From contig PGYV01000006.1 in NCBI GenBank assembly GCA_002839855.1, positions 16,367 to 80,366 on the forward strand: 64,000 nucleotides of DNA. Reading direction: 5' to 3'. Source of the stretch: Candidatus Goldiibacteriota bacterium HGW-Goldbacteria-1 (GTDB lineage Bacteria; Oederibacteriota; PGYV01). This document shows positions 8,206-18,707 of the stretch, one piece after another. Below the pieces are notes generated by a model. The model searched no databases and had not been told where the DNA came from. It saw nothing but the letters and a program-made list of their open reading frames with translations. The position numbers were made by a program, and so were the translations under genes. How positions within the stretch are numbered: the stretch's first letter is position 1; each line of letters opens with the position of its first letter.

Positions 8206-10473
8206 ATGCGTAAATTTTACCTGACACTCACCGCTCTTTTATGCTGTTCGGTTTTTCTTTCAGCCGCTGACAGCGATATTGTTTATTGCGGTGCAGGATA
8301 TAAACCTGTAATGTCAAAAAAGGCATCGGTTAATGTGCCCTGCACCTCGTTTCAGGTGCTTAGGTCATCGGATAATGCATCTGTTTATTCCGGCACTGCA
8401 TCAGCGCCTGTATATACTTCTGACAGCGAAAGAAATGTTTATGTTCTGGACTTTTCGCCGCTTACAACGCCGGGCAATTATTACATAAATGTGGACGGGG
8501 TGGGCAGGACGCAGGGTTTTGAAATTTCAGAAACGGTTTTTGAGGATGTTTTTAAAAAAGTTTTTCTTGGAATGTATATGTGGCGGTCCGGAACCGCGGT
8601 TTCTTATACTTACGGCAGTACAACATATTCCTGGAACGCCGGACATATGGCTAACGCGAATTTATACTATTCAAACGAGCCGTATTCAAATTCATACAAG
8701 GACGGCACAGGCGGCTGGTATGACGCTGGAGATTACGGAAGATACCTGGGAAATGTGGGGATAACAGTATGGCCTATGTTTATGGCGTGGGAAGATTTCG
8801 GCGATTCAATAAATGCCATGACATACGGGATTCCTGATTTAAATCCGGGGATGCCGGAATATCTTCAGGAAATAAAATGGGAAACCGACTGGCTGTTTAA
8901 AATGATGTACGCGGACGGCAGCGGTAAAATTCACGATAAGCTTACAAGCAAAAATCACACTTCAATGAACGTGTTGCCCGCGAATGACACTTCGCTTATG
9001 TATTTTCTTCCGTGGAGCACGTATGCCACTTCTAATTTCGCCGGCACGATGGCAATGGCGGCAAGATACTTCGCGCCCTATGATTCGTTTTACGCGCAGG
9101 AATGCCTTGACGCCGCGGAACTTGCGTTTCAGGCATTAATAGACAATCCGTCAATAGTAACATTTGACGCTTACGGGCTTGGTTTTTACACCGGCATTTA
9201 TAACGGAGATGACGCGGGCAACAGGATATGGGCGGCCGCGGAACTTTTTGCGTCCACGGGAAAAACGGTTTACCGCGATTATTTTGAAGCAAGGGCTTCA
9301 AGCGGATATATGCAGTCTATATATGACTGGAATAATCTTTTAGATATGGCTATGCTTACTTATTATTTCTGCGACAGGCCGGGTAAGAATTCGGTCATTA
9401 CGGACAGGATAAGAACCAACACGATAAATACAGCAAATGGGATTGTTTCATCCGTTAATTCTCATGGCTATGGAAGGTCAATGTCAAATCACTGGTGGGG
9501 AAGTAACGGCGTGGTGGCAAGGATGTCTGTGATTTTATATTCGGCTTTTAAAATGACAGGGGATTACAAATATAGAAATGCCGGCTTTGAAATATTAAGC
9601 CATCTGTTTGGCAGAAATCATTTTGGACGCTCTCAGGTAACGGGTATCGGCACTAACCCCGCGCTTTATCCGCATGACAGAAGGTGTAATGCCGACGGAA
9701 TTGCCGCGCCGATACCGGGGTATCTTGTGGGCGGTTCGCATGGGTCTAATAATACGGATGACCCGATAATTGGAGCAATGCCCGCTGGGCTTCCAAAGGC
9801 CGCGTATTGGGTCGATAATGTGGGTTCTTATTCATCAAATGAAATTGCCATTAACTGGCAGGCAGGGCTGATATACGGTGTTGCTGCTTTTTTAAAAGAC
9901 GGGCCGGCGCCTACGGTTACGCCTACCGTTACGGTAACCCTGACAAGAACAAACACTCCTATTGTATCGCCGACGCCGACAAGGACACTTACAGCGACAA
10001 AGACAGCCACAAGGACAATTACTTTTACAAGCACAGCTTCGCCTACGCCTACAATTACGTTGACATCAACGGTTACGCCGTTTGTGACATCCACGCCCAC
10101 GTTTACCATAACCATGACGTCAACAATAACAATTACAGCCACCCCAACTTCCGAAATTCCTTCGGTTTATATAACGGTGGGTGAACATTTTCCTTATCCA
10201 AACCCGTCAAAAGGAAATGAAATTAAAATAAGATATCAGATAATAAAAGGGCTGGCAAAAACAGTTAACATTCATTTTTACACCCTTGCAGACAGAAAGT
10301 TTGACACGATAAAAGAGAATAACATAGGTATAGGATGGCATGAAGTTTTGTGGAAGCCCAAAAAGAAACTTGCGTCCGGAATGTATTATTATGTCATTGA
10401 AGCGGACAACGGGAAGTTTGGTGGATTAAATAAGAAAGCTATAAAGCAGGGTGCGGTTGTGGTAATAAAATAG
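8206..10473 (+). CDS. secreted GH9 endoglucanase with N-terminal Ig-like domain, T-X linker and C-terminal sorting domain
   Basis: The GH9 signature GGWYDAGDYGRY is present. A CelD_N-like N-terminal domain precedes it. The linker PTVTPTVTVTLTRT lies at 9903-10155. The C-terminal domain lies at 10156-10470. Confidence 0.9.
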   Translation: MRKFYLTLTALLCCSVFLSAADSDIVYCGAGYKPVMSKKASVNVPCTSFQVLRSSDNASVYSGTASAPVYTSDSERNVYVLDFSPLTTPGNYYINVDGVGRTQGFEISETVFEDVFKKVFLGMYMWRSGTAVSYTYGSTTYSWNAGHMANANLYYSNEPYSNSYKDGTGGWYDAGDYGRYLGNVGITVWPMFMAWEDFGDSINAMTYGIPDLNPGMPEYLQEIKWETDWLFKMMYADGSGKIHDKLTSKNHTSMNVLPANDTSLMYFLPWSTYATSNFAGTMAMAARYFAPYDSFYAQECLDAAELAFQALIDNPSIVTFDAYGLGFYTGIYNGDDAGNRIWAAAELFASTGKTVYRDYFEARASSGYMQSIYDWNNLLDMAMLTYYFCDRPGKNSVITDRIRTNTINTANGIVSSVNSHGYGRSMSNHWWGSNGVVARMSVILYSAFKMTGDYKYRNAGFEILSHLFGRNHFGRSQVTGIGTNPALYPHDRRCNADGIAAPIPGYLVGGSHGSNNTDDPIIGAMPAGLPKAAYWVDNVGSYSSNEIAINWQAGLIYGVAAFLKDGPAPTVTPTVTVTLTRTNTPIVSPTPTRTLTATKTATRTITFTSTASPTPTITLTSTVTPFVTSTPTFTITMTSTITITATPTSEIPSVYITVGEHFPYPNPSKGNEIKIRYQIIKGLAKTVNIHFYTLADRKFDTIKENNIGIGWHEVLWKPKKKLASGMYYYVIEADNGKFGGLNKKAIKQGAVVVIK

Positions 10474-10478
10474 ACGGC

Positions 10479-10583
10479 GGCTAGGCAGCTAGGCAGCTAG
10501 GCAGCTAGGCAGCTAGGCAGCTAGGCAGCAAGGCGGCAAGGCGGCAAGGCGGCAAGGCGGCAAGGCGGCAAGGCGGCAAGGCG
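10479..10583. repeat. tandem octamer microrepeats, left arm of a composite intergenic element
   Basis: (GCTAGGCA)x6 followed by (CAAGGCGG)x7. The reverse-complement arm, (GCTTCCCA)x4 + CCGCCTAGCTGCCTAGCTGCC, lies at 10871..10925. Confidence 0.85.
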
Positions 10584-10870
10584 GGCGCACCTTTTAAGGT
10601 GCGGTTGTAGCGAGCATGCGAAGCGGAAATCCCGGCAATGAAGCGAGCTTGCAATCTGAAGCGGGCGGGACAGTTGGTTGTTAATATGAAGAATATTTTA
10701 AATAGAATAGAACCAGTATAAAACGGATTAATTATATAAAAACATAATCAAAACAACGCGGGCTAAAGACCCGCGTCTACCAAGGCACAAAGAAACTTCC
10801 AACCATCCAACCATCAAGGTGTCTTAAATATATTCCGTGCTTTTATCATCTATCTCTGATATGTCTTATA

Positions 10871-10925
10871 GCTTCCCAGCTTCCCAGCTTCCCAGCTTCC
10901 CAGCCGCCTAGCTGCCTAGCTGCCG
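10871..10925. repeat. reverse-complement tandem microrepeat arm, right end of the composite intergenic element 10479..10925
   Basis: CTTCCCAG is repeated 4 times, then CCGCCTAGCTGCCTAGCTGCC. This is the reverse complement of the left-arm motif. Confidence 0.85.
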
Positions 10926-11082
10926 TATTTCTCCCTTATTTCATTGCCAATCTATCCCTGTTTTAGTATAATAAACACCGTTTCAGAATTGCACTTTGAC
11001 CGAAACTTTAAACGCTTAAATTTGTCAAAATAATTGTTAAATGTGATAACCGCAAAAAGAATAATTTAAGGAGAAACGGCAC

Positions 11083-14000
11083 TTGAAAAAACTAACATTG
11101 CTGACTATAGCCGTTTTGTTTATAACAGTTAATATTTTTTCCGCACAAAATAATGCCATCCGCGTGGACATGGAGGGTTATAGAACCCTTGGTAATAAAT
11201 ATGTAATTCTTGTCGGGAATTCTGCTACATCATTCACCGTTAAAACTGTTTCGGGCGGTACAACTGTATTTACCGGCACTTTTTCGGCGGCTGTTGCCGA
11301 TGCCGCGTCCGGTGATTCTGTTAAAACAGGCGATTTTTCCGCGCTTACAACACCCGGCGAATACTACGTAGCGGTAACAGGGTTGGGCGAATCTTATAAC
11401 TTTAGAATATCCGATACCATTCATACTGACACTTTAACCACTCTTATGCGGGGATTTTACGGGCAGCGCTGCGGCGCATCTGTAACCTTAACTCACAGGG
11501 GAACCACTTTTACCCACGGCGCGTGCCATTTAAATGACGGAACTTACGCGGGTTCAACCGGATTAAACGGGACAAAGAATACAACCGGAGGCTGGCACGA
11601 CGCCGGCGATTACGGCAAGTACGCCTTAAACTGCGGCGTAACAAACGGCGAGCTTCTTCTTATGTACGAAAAATATTACGATGCGCTTGAACACATTAAT
11701 CTTGGGCTTCCATATTCCGGCGGCGCGCTGCCTGACGTTCTGACCGAAATTAAATACAACCTTGACTGGCATAAAAAAATGCAGCACACAAACGGCGGTG
11801 TTTTCCACAAACTTTCAAACGGCTTTCCTCAGAATATTATGCCGACGTCAGATACTGATACAAGGTATATCTTTGCAATATCTTCCGCCGCGACCGCGGA
11901 TTTTGCGGCTGTAATGGCAATTGCGGCGCGCGTTTTTGATATGTATGACGCCGCGTACGCCGCGGAATGCCTGACAGCCGCACAAAACGCGTGGGCTTTT
12001 TTACAGGCAAACCCCAATATTGTCCCGGCCGGCGGTTTTACTGACGGCAGTATGGGCGGAATTTACGGCGATACCGATGACAGTGATGAAAGGTTATGGG
12101 CGGCGGTTGAACTGTTTAACACCACAGGCGAGGCGCAGTATAATACTTATGTTGCCGCGCATTATACGGATAGAACGCTTACATTAATGTCTGACCTTGG
12201 CGATGATTGGAAAGAACTTCATCCCGTTGCTTATATGTCATATATGCAGTCCAAACAGCCATCGGTAAATACCACCGTGGTTAACGCTATGAAAACGTTA
12301 TTTCAGCCGCAGGTTAACACGTTCAGGAACAGGGTGCAGTCAACGAACGGGTATAAGTTTGTACTTAACTCCGGCGATTATTACTGGGGCTCAAACTCTG
12401 TTGCTTTAAACAGGGCGATACGGCTTGTTGCGGCATCGGAAATATTCGGAGATGATACTTATAAAGACGCCGCGGAAGAAGTGCTTCATTATATCCTTGG
12501 CAGAAACGCCATGAATAAATCTTATCTTACTTACGTCGGCGAGGTTTACACGAACCAGCCTCATCACCAGCCGTCTGCCGCGGATGGAATTACGCCGCCC
12601 TGGCCCGGGATTCTTGCCGGAGGGCCAAATGAATATTACGATACAATAGGGGCGCCGGCAAAATGTTATGTTGATGATGCAGGGAATTACACTTCCAACG
12701 AAGTGGCAATAAACTGGATGGCGGCGTACGCTTATGTGCTTGCGGCTTTTGTTCCGACGCCGGGGCCTACAAATACGCCTACCAATACCCCCACGTCTTT
12801 ATGCCACCCGCTTACATGTACTTTTACGCAGACAAGCACACCGACTGTCACTGCCACGCCGATAAATGTTTTAAGGGTAAATGTGGCGGGGGCTCAGGTA
12901 ACCACCGGCGGAAATGTCTGGCTTGCCGACAAAGCATATATAGCGGGAAGCTGGGGTTATAACACACCCGCAAATACCGGCGACCGTACCGCGCTTGGAA
13001 ATATTGTAAACAACACAACAGATGATGTTTTGTATCTTACGGAAAGATGGGGCGCGGCGCTTTCTTATACTTTTGACCTTGCAGACGGCTGGTATCTTGT
13101 CACGCTTAAATTTAATGAAATGTTTGTAAACAGCGCCAATGCCAGGCTGTTTAATATACTTCTTGAAGGGCAGGTTGTGGAATCGTCTTTTGACGTTTAT
13201 GCCGTTAATAACAGCCAGGCATACGCGGTTGACAGAAGTTATCCGGTATTGTTAACAGATGGAAAACTGAACATTGACCTTACGCAGGTAACCGAAATGT
13301 GTATTTTAAACGCGCTGCGGATAGAATCATATTACCCTCCAACCGCCACTTATACATACACTCCTTTAAACACAAATACGTTCACAAATACCGCGACAGC
13401 AACCGCTACATTTACAAATACATCCACAAGCGAATGCTATCCGCTTACATGTACGTTTACAAATACCAATACTTACACAAGCACACAAACGCCTACAAAC
13501 ACGCCTGTGCCCACTCCGATACGCGTAAACTGCGGAGGCGCGGCTTATCTTGACGGCGCGGGGAACACATGGGCTGCGGATTATGGGTTTACCGGCGGGA
13601 CTGCCACATCTGTAACTGACGCGATTGCAGGCACAACAGATGACACGCTTTATCAAAGCGAAAGGTACGGAAACCCGTCATATACTTTTACCGTTCCAAA
13701 CGGATATTATGATATTACGTTTAAGTTCGCTGAAACATGGTTCAACGCGGCAGGGGAGAGGATTTTTGACGTAAGTGTGGAGGGAGTAACTGTAATTGAC
13801 AATCTTGACTTATATGTATCAGCTCCCGGAGCAATGCGCGCGTATGATGTAATTATATCAAATGTTTTAATTACGGACGGGCAGATAAATATAACCGCTT
13901 CATCCGCGGTTGACAGCGCCAACTTCCGCGCCATTGCAATAATCCCCGCGGGCCCGGCGCCTACATTCACATATACAAATACGGTGCCTCCGACAAACAC

Positions 14001-15168
14001 ACATACGAACACAAATACCGATACTGCGACAGCCACATCCACTTTCACAAACACTTATACGGCAACAGATACCGCCACAAGCACATATACTTATACGCAT
14101 ACCAGTTCACATACCGCCACAAATACACCGGAGCCTCCCACAAATACACATACCGCAACTGATACCGCGACATATACTTATACGAATACAAATACATCCA
14201 CTTTCACATATACGCATACACATACGGCAACGCATACCAATACGGAAACCCCGACAGACACAAATACCGCAACAATTACAAACACTCCGCCGCCGGGCAG
14301 CACAAACACGCATACTTTCACAATTACATCAACTCCGTCGGATACTCATACCGCCACATATACTTATACTTACACATTTACAAATACGGCAACGCAGACC
14401 TATACCGAAGTGCCTCCGACCTTTACAGGTACTTTCACGGAAACGTTTACGTTCACATACACTTCAACTTACACGCACACGGCAACAATAACAGATACGG
14501 TTCCGCCGGGAAGCACGTCCACTAACACCCCCACGCAAACGCTGATTCCGTCAAATACCCACACGCATACGGCCACTGAAACAAGTACTTATACAAACAC
14601 TTATACCGCCACAAATACTTTTACGGAAACAAACACGGTTCCGCCGGGAAGTACAAACACTAACACTCCCACAGAAACGCTGATTCCGTCAAACACTGAT
14701 ACCGCTACACATACACACACGCATACGTTTACAAATACATACACGGCTACAAGTACACCTGTTATTCCGACTGATACGCATACGGCAACGGCAACGGTTC
14801 CGGCGCCCACAGCCACGATTACAAATACTCCCTCTTCCATTATCGCGGAAGACGCAAAACAGATAATTTCTGAAGTTATGATTTATCCAAATCCTTATAA
14901 TTCTAAAATTTCTCCGGCAGGACCCTTTGTCATATTTAAACTTGCGAAGAATGCCGCAGGAGTGTCGCTTAGAATATATTCATCTTCATTCAGGCTTGTG
15001 AAAAATATTGAATTTGAAGGAGTATTTACGGCAGGGTTGAACAGGGCGCATACCCGCGCAGAAGATTTTAAAAATCTTTCAAACGGCACTTATTATTTTG
15101 TCCTGACAGCGGACGGTGCATCAGGAAAAGCCAAAAGCAAAGCGGATAAGATGATTGTCTTAAAATAG
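11083..15168 (+). CDS. secreted GH9 endoglucanase with two malectin-like CBMs, a ~300-aa alternating-Thr region and C-terminal sorting domain
   Basis: A TTG start follows RBS AAGGAGAAA. GGWHDAGDYGKY marks the GH9 domain. Two INCGG / NCGGAAY...ERWG domains resembling malectin/CBM57 lie at about 12850-13320 and 13516-13945. A (T-X)n region lies at 13950-14830. The C-terminal domain lies at 14850-15165. Confidence 0.85.
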   Translation: MKKLTLLTIAVLFITVNIFSAQNNAIRVDMEGYRTLGNKYVILVGNSATSFTVKTVSGGTTVFTGTFSAAVADAASGDSVKTGDFSALTTPGEYYVAVTGLGESYNFRISDTIHTDTLTTLMRGFYGQRCGASVTLTHRGTTFTHGACHLNDGTYAGSTGLNGTKNTTGGWHDAGDYGKYALNCGVTNGELLLMYEKYYDALEHINLGLPYSGGALPDVLTEIKYNLDWHKKMQHTNGGVFHKLSNGFPQNIMPTSDTDTRYIFAISSAATADFAAVMAIAARVFDMYDAAYAAECLTAAQNAWAFLQANPNIVPAGGFTDGSMGGIYGDTDDSDERLWAAVELFNTTGEAQYNTYVAAHYTDRTLTLMSDLGDDWKELHPVAYMSYMQSKQPSVNTTVVNAMKTLFQPQVNTFRNRVQSTNGYKFVLNSGDYYWGSNSVALNRAIRLVAASEIFGDDTYKDAAEEVLHYILGRNAMNKSYLTYVGEVYTNQPHHQPSAADGITPPWPGILAGGPNEYYDTIGAPAKCYVDDAGNYTSNEVAINWMAAYAYVLAAFVPTPGPTNTPTNTPTSLCHPLTCTFTQTSTPTVTATPINVLRVNVAGAQVTTGGNVWLADKAYIAGSWGYNTPANTGDRTALGNIVNNTTDDVLYLTERWGAALSYTFDLADGWYLVTLKFNEMFVNSANARLFNILLEGQVVESSFDVYAVNNSQAYAVDRSYPVLLTDGKLNIDLTQVTEMCILNALRIESYYPPTATYTYTPLNTNTFTNTATATATFTNTSTSECYPLTCTFTNTNTYTSTQTPTNTPVPTPIRVNCGGAAYLDGAGNTWAADYGFTGGTATSVTDAIAGTTDDTLYQSERYGNPSYTFTVPNGYYDITFKFAETWFNAAGERIFDVSVEGVTVIDNLDLYVSAPGAMRAYDVIISNVLITDGQINITASSAVDSANFRAIAIIPAGPAPTFTYTNTVPPTNTHTNTNTDTATATSTFTNTYTATDTATSTYTYTHTSSHTATNTPEPPTNTHTATDTATYTYTNTNTSTFTYTHTHTATHTNTETPTDTNTATITNTPPPGSTNTHTFTITSTPSDTHTATYTYTYTFTNTATQTYTEVPPTFTGTFTETFTFTYTSTYTHTATITDTVPPGSTSTNTPTQTLIPSNTHTHTATETSTYTNTYTATNTFTETNTVPPGSTNTNTPTETLIPSNTDTATHTHTHTFTNTYTATSTPVIPTDTHTATATVPAPTATITNTPSSIIAEDAKQIISEVMIYPNPYNSKISPAGPFVIFKLAKNAAGVSLRIYSSSFRLVKNIEFEGVFTAGLNRAHTRAEDFKNLSNGTYYFVLTADGASGKAKSKADKMIVLK

Positions 15169-15485
15169 CAGCTAGGCAGCTCAGCAGCTTAGAAGCTCAG
15201 TTTAGATCTGGTAGGCGCACCCTTCAGGGTGCGGTTATAGCAAGCCTGCGAAGCGGAAATCCCGGCAATGAAGCGAGCTTGCGAGTGAAAGCAGGCGGGA
15301 CAGTTGAACTTGGTTGTAAACAAAACGACTTCTGCCTCTGTTATAACGACGTTATTACTATGCGTACGAAACAAAAAAAATCGCAACAATTAAATCTAAA
15401 CAGTACGGGATAAAAACCCACATCTACCAATACCAAACCTTCAGAGCCGCCAAGCCGCTTAGCTGCCCAGCTGCTTAGCTGCAGT
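15169..15485. repeat. composite palindromic intergenic element with microrepeat arms, hairpin A and a conserved 70-nt module
   Basis: Left arm GCAGCTAGGCAGCTCAGCAGCTTAGAAGCTCAG. Hairpin A lies at 15209-15240. The module GCGAAGCGGAAATCCCGGCAATGAAGCGAGCTTGC lies at 15249-15283. Right arm GCCGCCAAGCCGCTTAGCTGCCCAGCTGCTTAGCTGCAG. Confidence 0.8.
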
Positions 15486-15609
15486 CCTTTGTTAAACATT
15501 TAACCGCAACTTTTTAACGTTAAAACTGTCAAAAGTATGGTAATATACAGGAACGTGATTTTTCATTATGAAATGGCTTAAAATACCATGCAAAAAAGAG
15601 GAGATTTCA

Positions 15610-18546
15610 ATGAAAAAATCTTTAAACGCCTTATTAATGGTGTTTATCTTTATTCCTTTATTATATGCCACGCCTGTATCTGAAAACGGCGAGCTTAAGC
15701 TTGTCGGAAATCAGCTTTCCAATTCATGCGGAAATCCGGTCCAATTAAAAGGAATGTCCAGCATGGGGCTTCAGTGGTACGGCGTTGGTCAGTGTCTGGA
15801 TACCGCCACTATGGATTATATGGTTAATACAATTGGAATTGATGTATTCAGGGCTGCTATGTATGTTGATGAAGGCGGATACCTGACTGATAAAACGAAA
15901 TACTCTAATATGGTAAATACAATTGTTGACTGGTGCGAAGCACGGGGTATTTATGTGATAATTGACTGGCATATGCTTACGCCGGGCGATCCTAATGCTC
16001 ATATTAATGAGGCCAAAACTTTTTTCGCGGAAATGTCATTAAGGCATAAAGATAAAAAGCACGTAATATATGAAATCTGCAACGAACCTAACGGCGTTTC
16101 GTGGTCAACTGTTCAGACTTACGCGAATATCATAATCCCCATAATCCGCGCAAATGACCCTGACACCATAATAATAGTAGGTACGCCTAACTGGTCACAG
16201 CTTGGTACTGATGTTGCAAATAATAAATTAAACTATACAAATATTATGTACACGTTTCATTTCTATGCCGCATCACATTCCACCGGCTTAGTTACGCCCT
16301 TTACCGATAAACTTCCAATTTTCTGTACAGAGTGGGGCATAAGCGATGCAAGCGGAAACGGCGCAATTGACACTGCAAACGCCACGAATTTTTTAAACAT
16401 ATTTGACGGAGCCAATACAGGCGGTCAGAAAATAAGCTGGGCAGGGTGGTCGTGGTGTGATAAAAACGAATCTTCTGCGTATCTGCAGGCAGGGTCGTGC
16501 CTCAGCAACCCGCCAAGGTTTACAACCGCGGGTAACTATATAATAGGCAAGATTCAGACGAATCCGAATAACTGGACAGCGTGTAACGCGCAGACTCCCA
16601 CTTTTACAAAAACAATAACACCGGGCGGGCCTACGTTTACACCCACCAGAACGCCCACTCCTTTTGCAAGTTTGTTGGTCAACTGTGCCGGGCCGCAGTA
16701 TACAAATGCGGAAGGCGTATGGCAGGCTGATAAAGCTTACGCGGCAGGAAGCTGGGGATATGTGGGTGGTACGGTTGTAAGCAGGGGAAGTGTGGCAATT
16801 GGCAATACCACAGATGACACGCTGTATCAGACTGAACGTTATGCGGACCCGGTGGAATACAGGTTTGATATTCCTAACGGGACATATTCGGTTACGTTTA
16901 AAATGTGTGAATCTTATTGGGGAAACACGACAGGCGGAAACGGAAGCAGGATATTTGACATAGTAGCGGAAAACAATACTGTAGTAAACAACCTTGATTT
17001 GTACGCGGTGGCGGGATATAACAATGCTTATGACGTAACGGTCAATATTACCGTAAATGACGGGCAGCTTAATATATCAATGCCTGCTGATGTTGATAAC
17101 GGGCTTATTAACGCGATAAAAATTGTAAACGCGGCTTCTGTGACAAACACTCCCACAAGGACCAATACGTTTACCGCCACAAGGACGCATACAAATACGT
17201 TTACAAAAACATTCACGCACACTTTTACAAGGACGAATACTTTTACCGCGACAAGGACAAACACCTTTACCGCGACAATTACTCATACTTTTACAGCCAC
17301 AAGGACAAATACGCCCGTACCTCCCACAAACACGTTTACAAATACGGCTACAAGGACATATACGCCGGTACCTCCCACAAACACATTTACAAATACGGCG
17401 ACAAGGACATATACGCCGGTACCTCCCACAAACACATTTACAAATACGGCTACAAGGACATATACTCCTGTGCCGCCAACAAGCACATTTACTGACACAG
17501 CCACAAAGACAAATACGCCCGTTCCGCCTACAAACACGTTTACTAAAACGGCTACAAATACTGCAACAAACACATTTACAAATACGGCAACTAACACAGC
17601 CACAAAAACAAACACGCCTGTGCCGCCGACAAACACATTCACGAACACTGCCACAAAGACAAACACGCCGACTGTTACGGAAACACCTATCCCGGGCAGC
17701 ACTGATACGTTTACACATACAATAACAAATACATTTACAAAAACAAATACGTTTACAAATACGCATACTGCAACTGATACATTTACGCCTGTTCCGCCCA
17801 CAAGTACGTTCACAAACACGGCGACAAATACATTTACAAATTCCAATACCGCCACCAATACAAATACCGCCACAATTACAAACACGCCTCCGCCGGGAAG
17901 CACAAATACGTTTACGCACACAATAACAAATACATTTATAAATACGGCCACAAATACGTTCACGTCAGTGCCGCCGACAGCCACGCATACATATACAAGG
18001 ACGTTTGTAAATACGGCCACAAACACTTTCACGTCAGTGCCGCCGACAGCCACGCATACATTTACAAGGACGTTTATAAATACGGCCACAAATACGTTCA
18101 CGTCAGTGCCGCCGACAGCCACGCATACGTTTACCGTTTCTTATACTGAAACAGCCGTTGTTTTTACCCCCACATATACCTTTACGGCAACCGTAACTGT
18201 TGTGTTTACAGGTACGCCAACGCCGGTTGCTACTGAAGGCAAAAAAGCCGAAATTAAAGATGTTGATGTTTATCCGGTTCCTTTTGGAAAAAAAGGGAAC
18301 GTATATTTTGAATTTACCCTTACCAAAAGCATGAACTCCGTTGAGCTGAAGATTTATTCTTCGGGTTACAGGCTGTTAAAGAGAGTTGATGTTTCTTCGG
18401 CATGCGTTCCCGGAAGAAAGAAGAGCGCAATAGCGGCAGGGGAATTTGTAAATCTTGCAAATGGGACGTATTATTTTGTACTGGAAGGTAATAGCGCGGA
18501 CGGATATGTGAGAAGCAGGACAGAGAAGATGATAATTTTAAAATAG
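15610..18546 (+). CDS. secreted GH5 endoglucanase with a malectin-like CBM, a ~360-aa T-X/PVPP repeat region and C-terminal sorting domain
   Basis: RBS AGGAG precedes the ATG at 15610. GH5 hallmarks are [11 protein letters not shown] and FCTEWG. The malectin-like domain reads [10 protein letters not shown]...TERYADP. The repeats [17 protein letters not shown] occur 3 times. The C-terminal domain lies at 18240-18543. Confidence 0.85.
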   Translation: MKKSLNALLMVFIFIPLLYATPVSENGELKLVGNQLSNSCGNPVQLKGMSSMGLQWYGVGQCLDTATMDYMVNTIGIDVFRAAMYVDEGGYLTDKTKYSNMVNTIVDWCEARGIYVIIDWHMLTPGDPNAHINEAKTFFAEMSLRHKDKKHVIYEICNEPNGVSWSTVQTYANIIIPIIRANDPDTIIIVGTPNWSQLGTDVANNKLNYTNIMYTFHFYAASHSTGLVTPFTDKLPIFCTEWGISDASGNGAIDTANATNFLNIFDGANTGGQKISWAGWSWCDKNESSAYLQAGSCLSNPPRFTTAGNYIIGKIQTNPNNWTACNAQTPTFTKTITPGGPTFTPTRTPTPFASLLVNCAGPQYTNAEGVWQADKAYAAGSWGYVGGTVVSRGSVAIGNTTDDTLYQTERYADPVEYRFDIPNGTYSVTFKMCESYWGNTTGGNGSRIFDIVAENNTVVNNLDLYAVAGYNNAYDVTVNITVNDGQLNISMPADVDNGLINAIKIVNAASVTNTPTRTNTFTATRTHTNTFTKTFTHTFTRTNTFTATRTNTFTATITHTFTATRTNTPVPPTNTFTNTATRTYTPVPPTNTFTNTATRTYTPVPPTNTFTNTATRTYTPVPPTSTFTDTATKTNTPVPPTNTFTKTATNTATNTFTNTATNTATKTNTPVPPTNTFTNTATKTNTPTVTETPIPGSTDTFTHTITNTFTKTNTFTNTHTATDTFTPVPPTSTFTNTATNTFTNSNTATNTNTATITNTPPPGSTNTFTHTITNTFINTATNTFTSVPPTATHTYTRTFVNTATNTFTSVPPTATHTFTRTFINTATNTFTSVPPTATHTFTVSYTETAVVFTPTYTFTATVTVVFTGTPTPVATEGKKAEIKDVDVYPVPFGKKGNVYFEFTLTKSMNSVELKIYSSGYRLLKRVDVSSACVPGRKKSAIAAGEFVNLANGTYYFVLEGNSADGYVRSRTEKMIILK

Positions 18547-18707
18547 AGGCTTGGATGCTTTGAGGCTTGGATGCTTTGAGGCTTGGAAAGCTTGGCAGCT
18601 CGGCTTGAGTCTTTTGTCATGGTAGGCGCACCCTTTAGGGTGCGGCAGTCAGCTGTGGTTAGGCATTTGTTGTCCTGGTAGACGCGGGTCTTTAGCCCGC
18701 GGCAGTT
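18547..18707. repeat. intergenic microrepeat arm plus hairpin families A and B
   Basis: (GAGGCTTGGATGCTT)x2.5 lies at 18547-18610. Hairpin A GGTAGGCGCACCCTTTAGGGTGCGGCAGT lies at 18621-18650. Hairpin B GGTAGACGCGGGTCTTTAGCCCGCGGCAGTT lies at 18676-18707. Confidence 0.85.

Noticed and set aside
8489-8764. 91-aa + ORF inside the GH9 gene
   Set aside because: Out of frame with a strongly supported GH9 catalytic domain
10479-10583. Possible CRISPR array (regular short repeats)
   Set aside because: The units are 8-9 nt and abut directly with no unique spacers. Partner blocks are reverse complements. No cas genes are present. These are microsatellite-like arms of the composite spacer elements
17077-18122. 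Long minus-strand ORFs (280 aa Cys/Arg-rich RICRC...; 279 aa VxVxV...) antisense to the GH5 linker region
   Set aside because: They are reading-frame artefacts of the period-6 ACN-NNN threonine-repeat DNA on the opposite strand. They are low-complexity, have no RBS, and overlap a well-supported + strand gene completely
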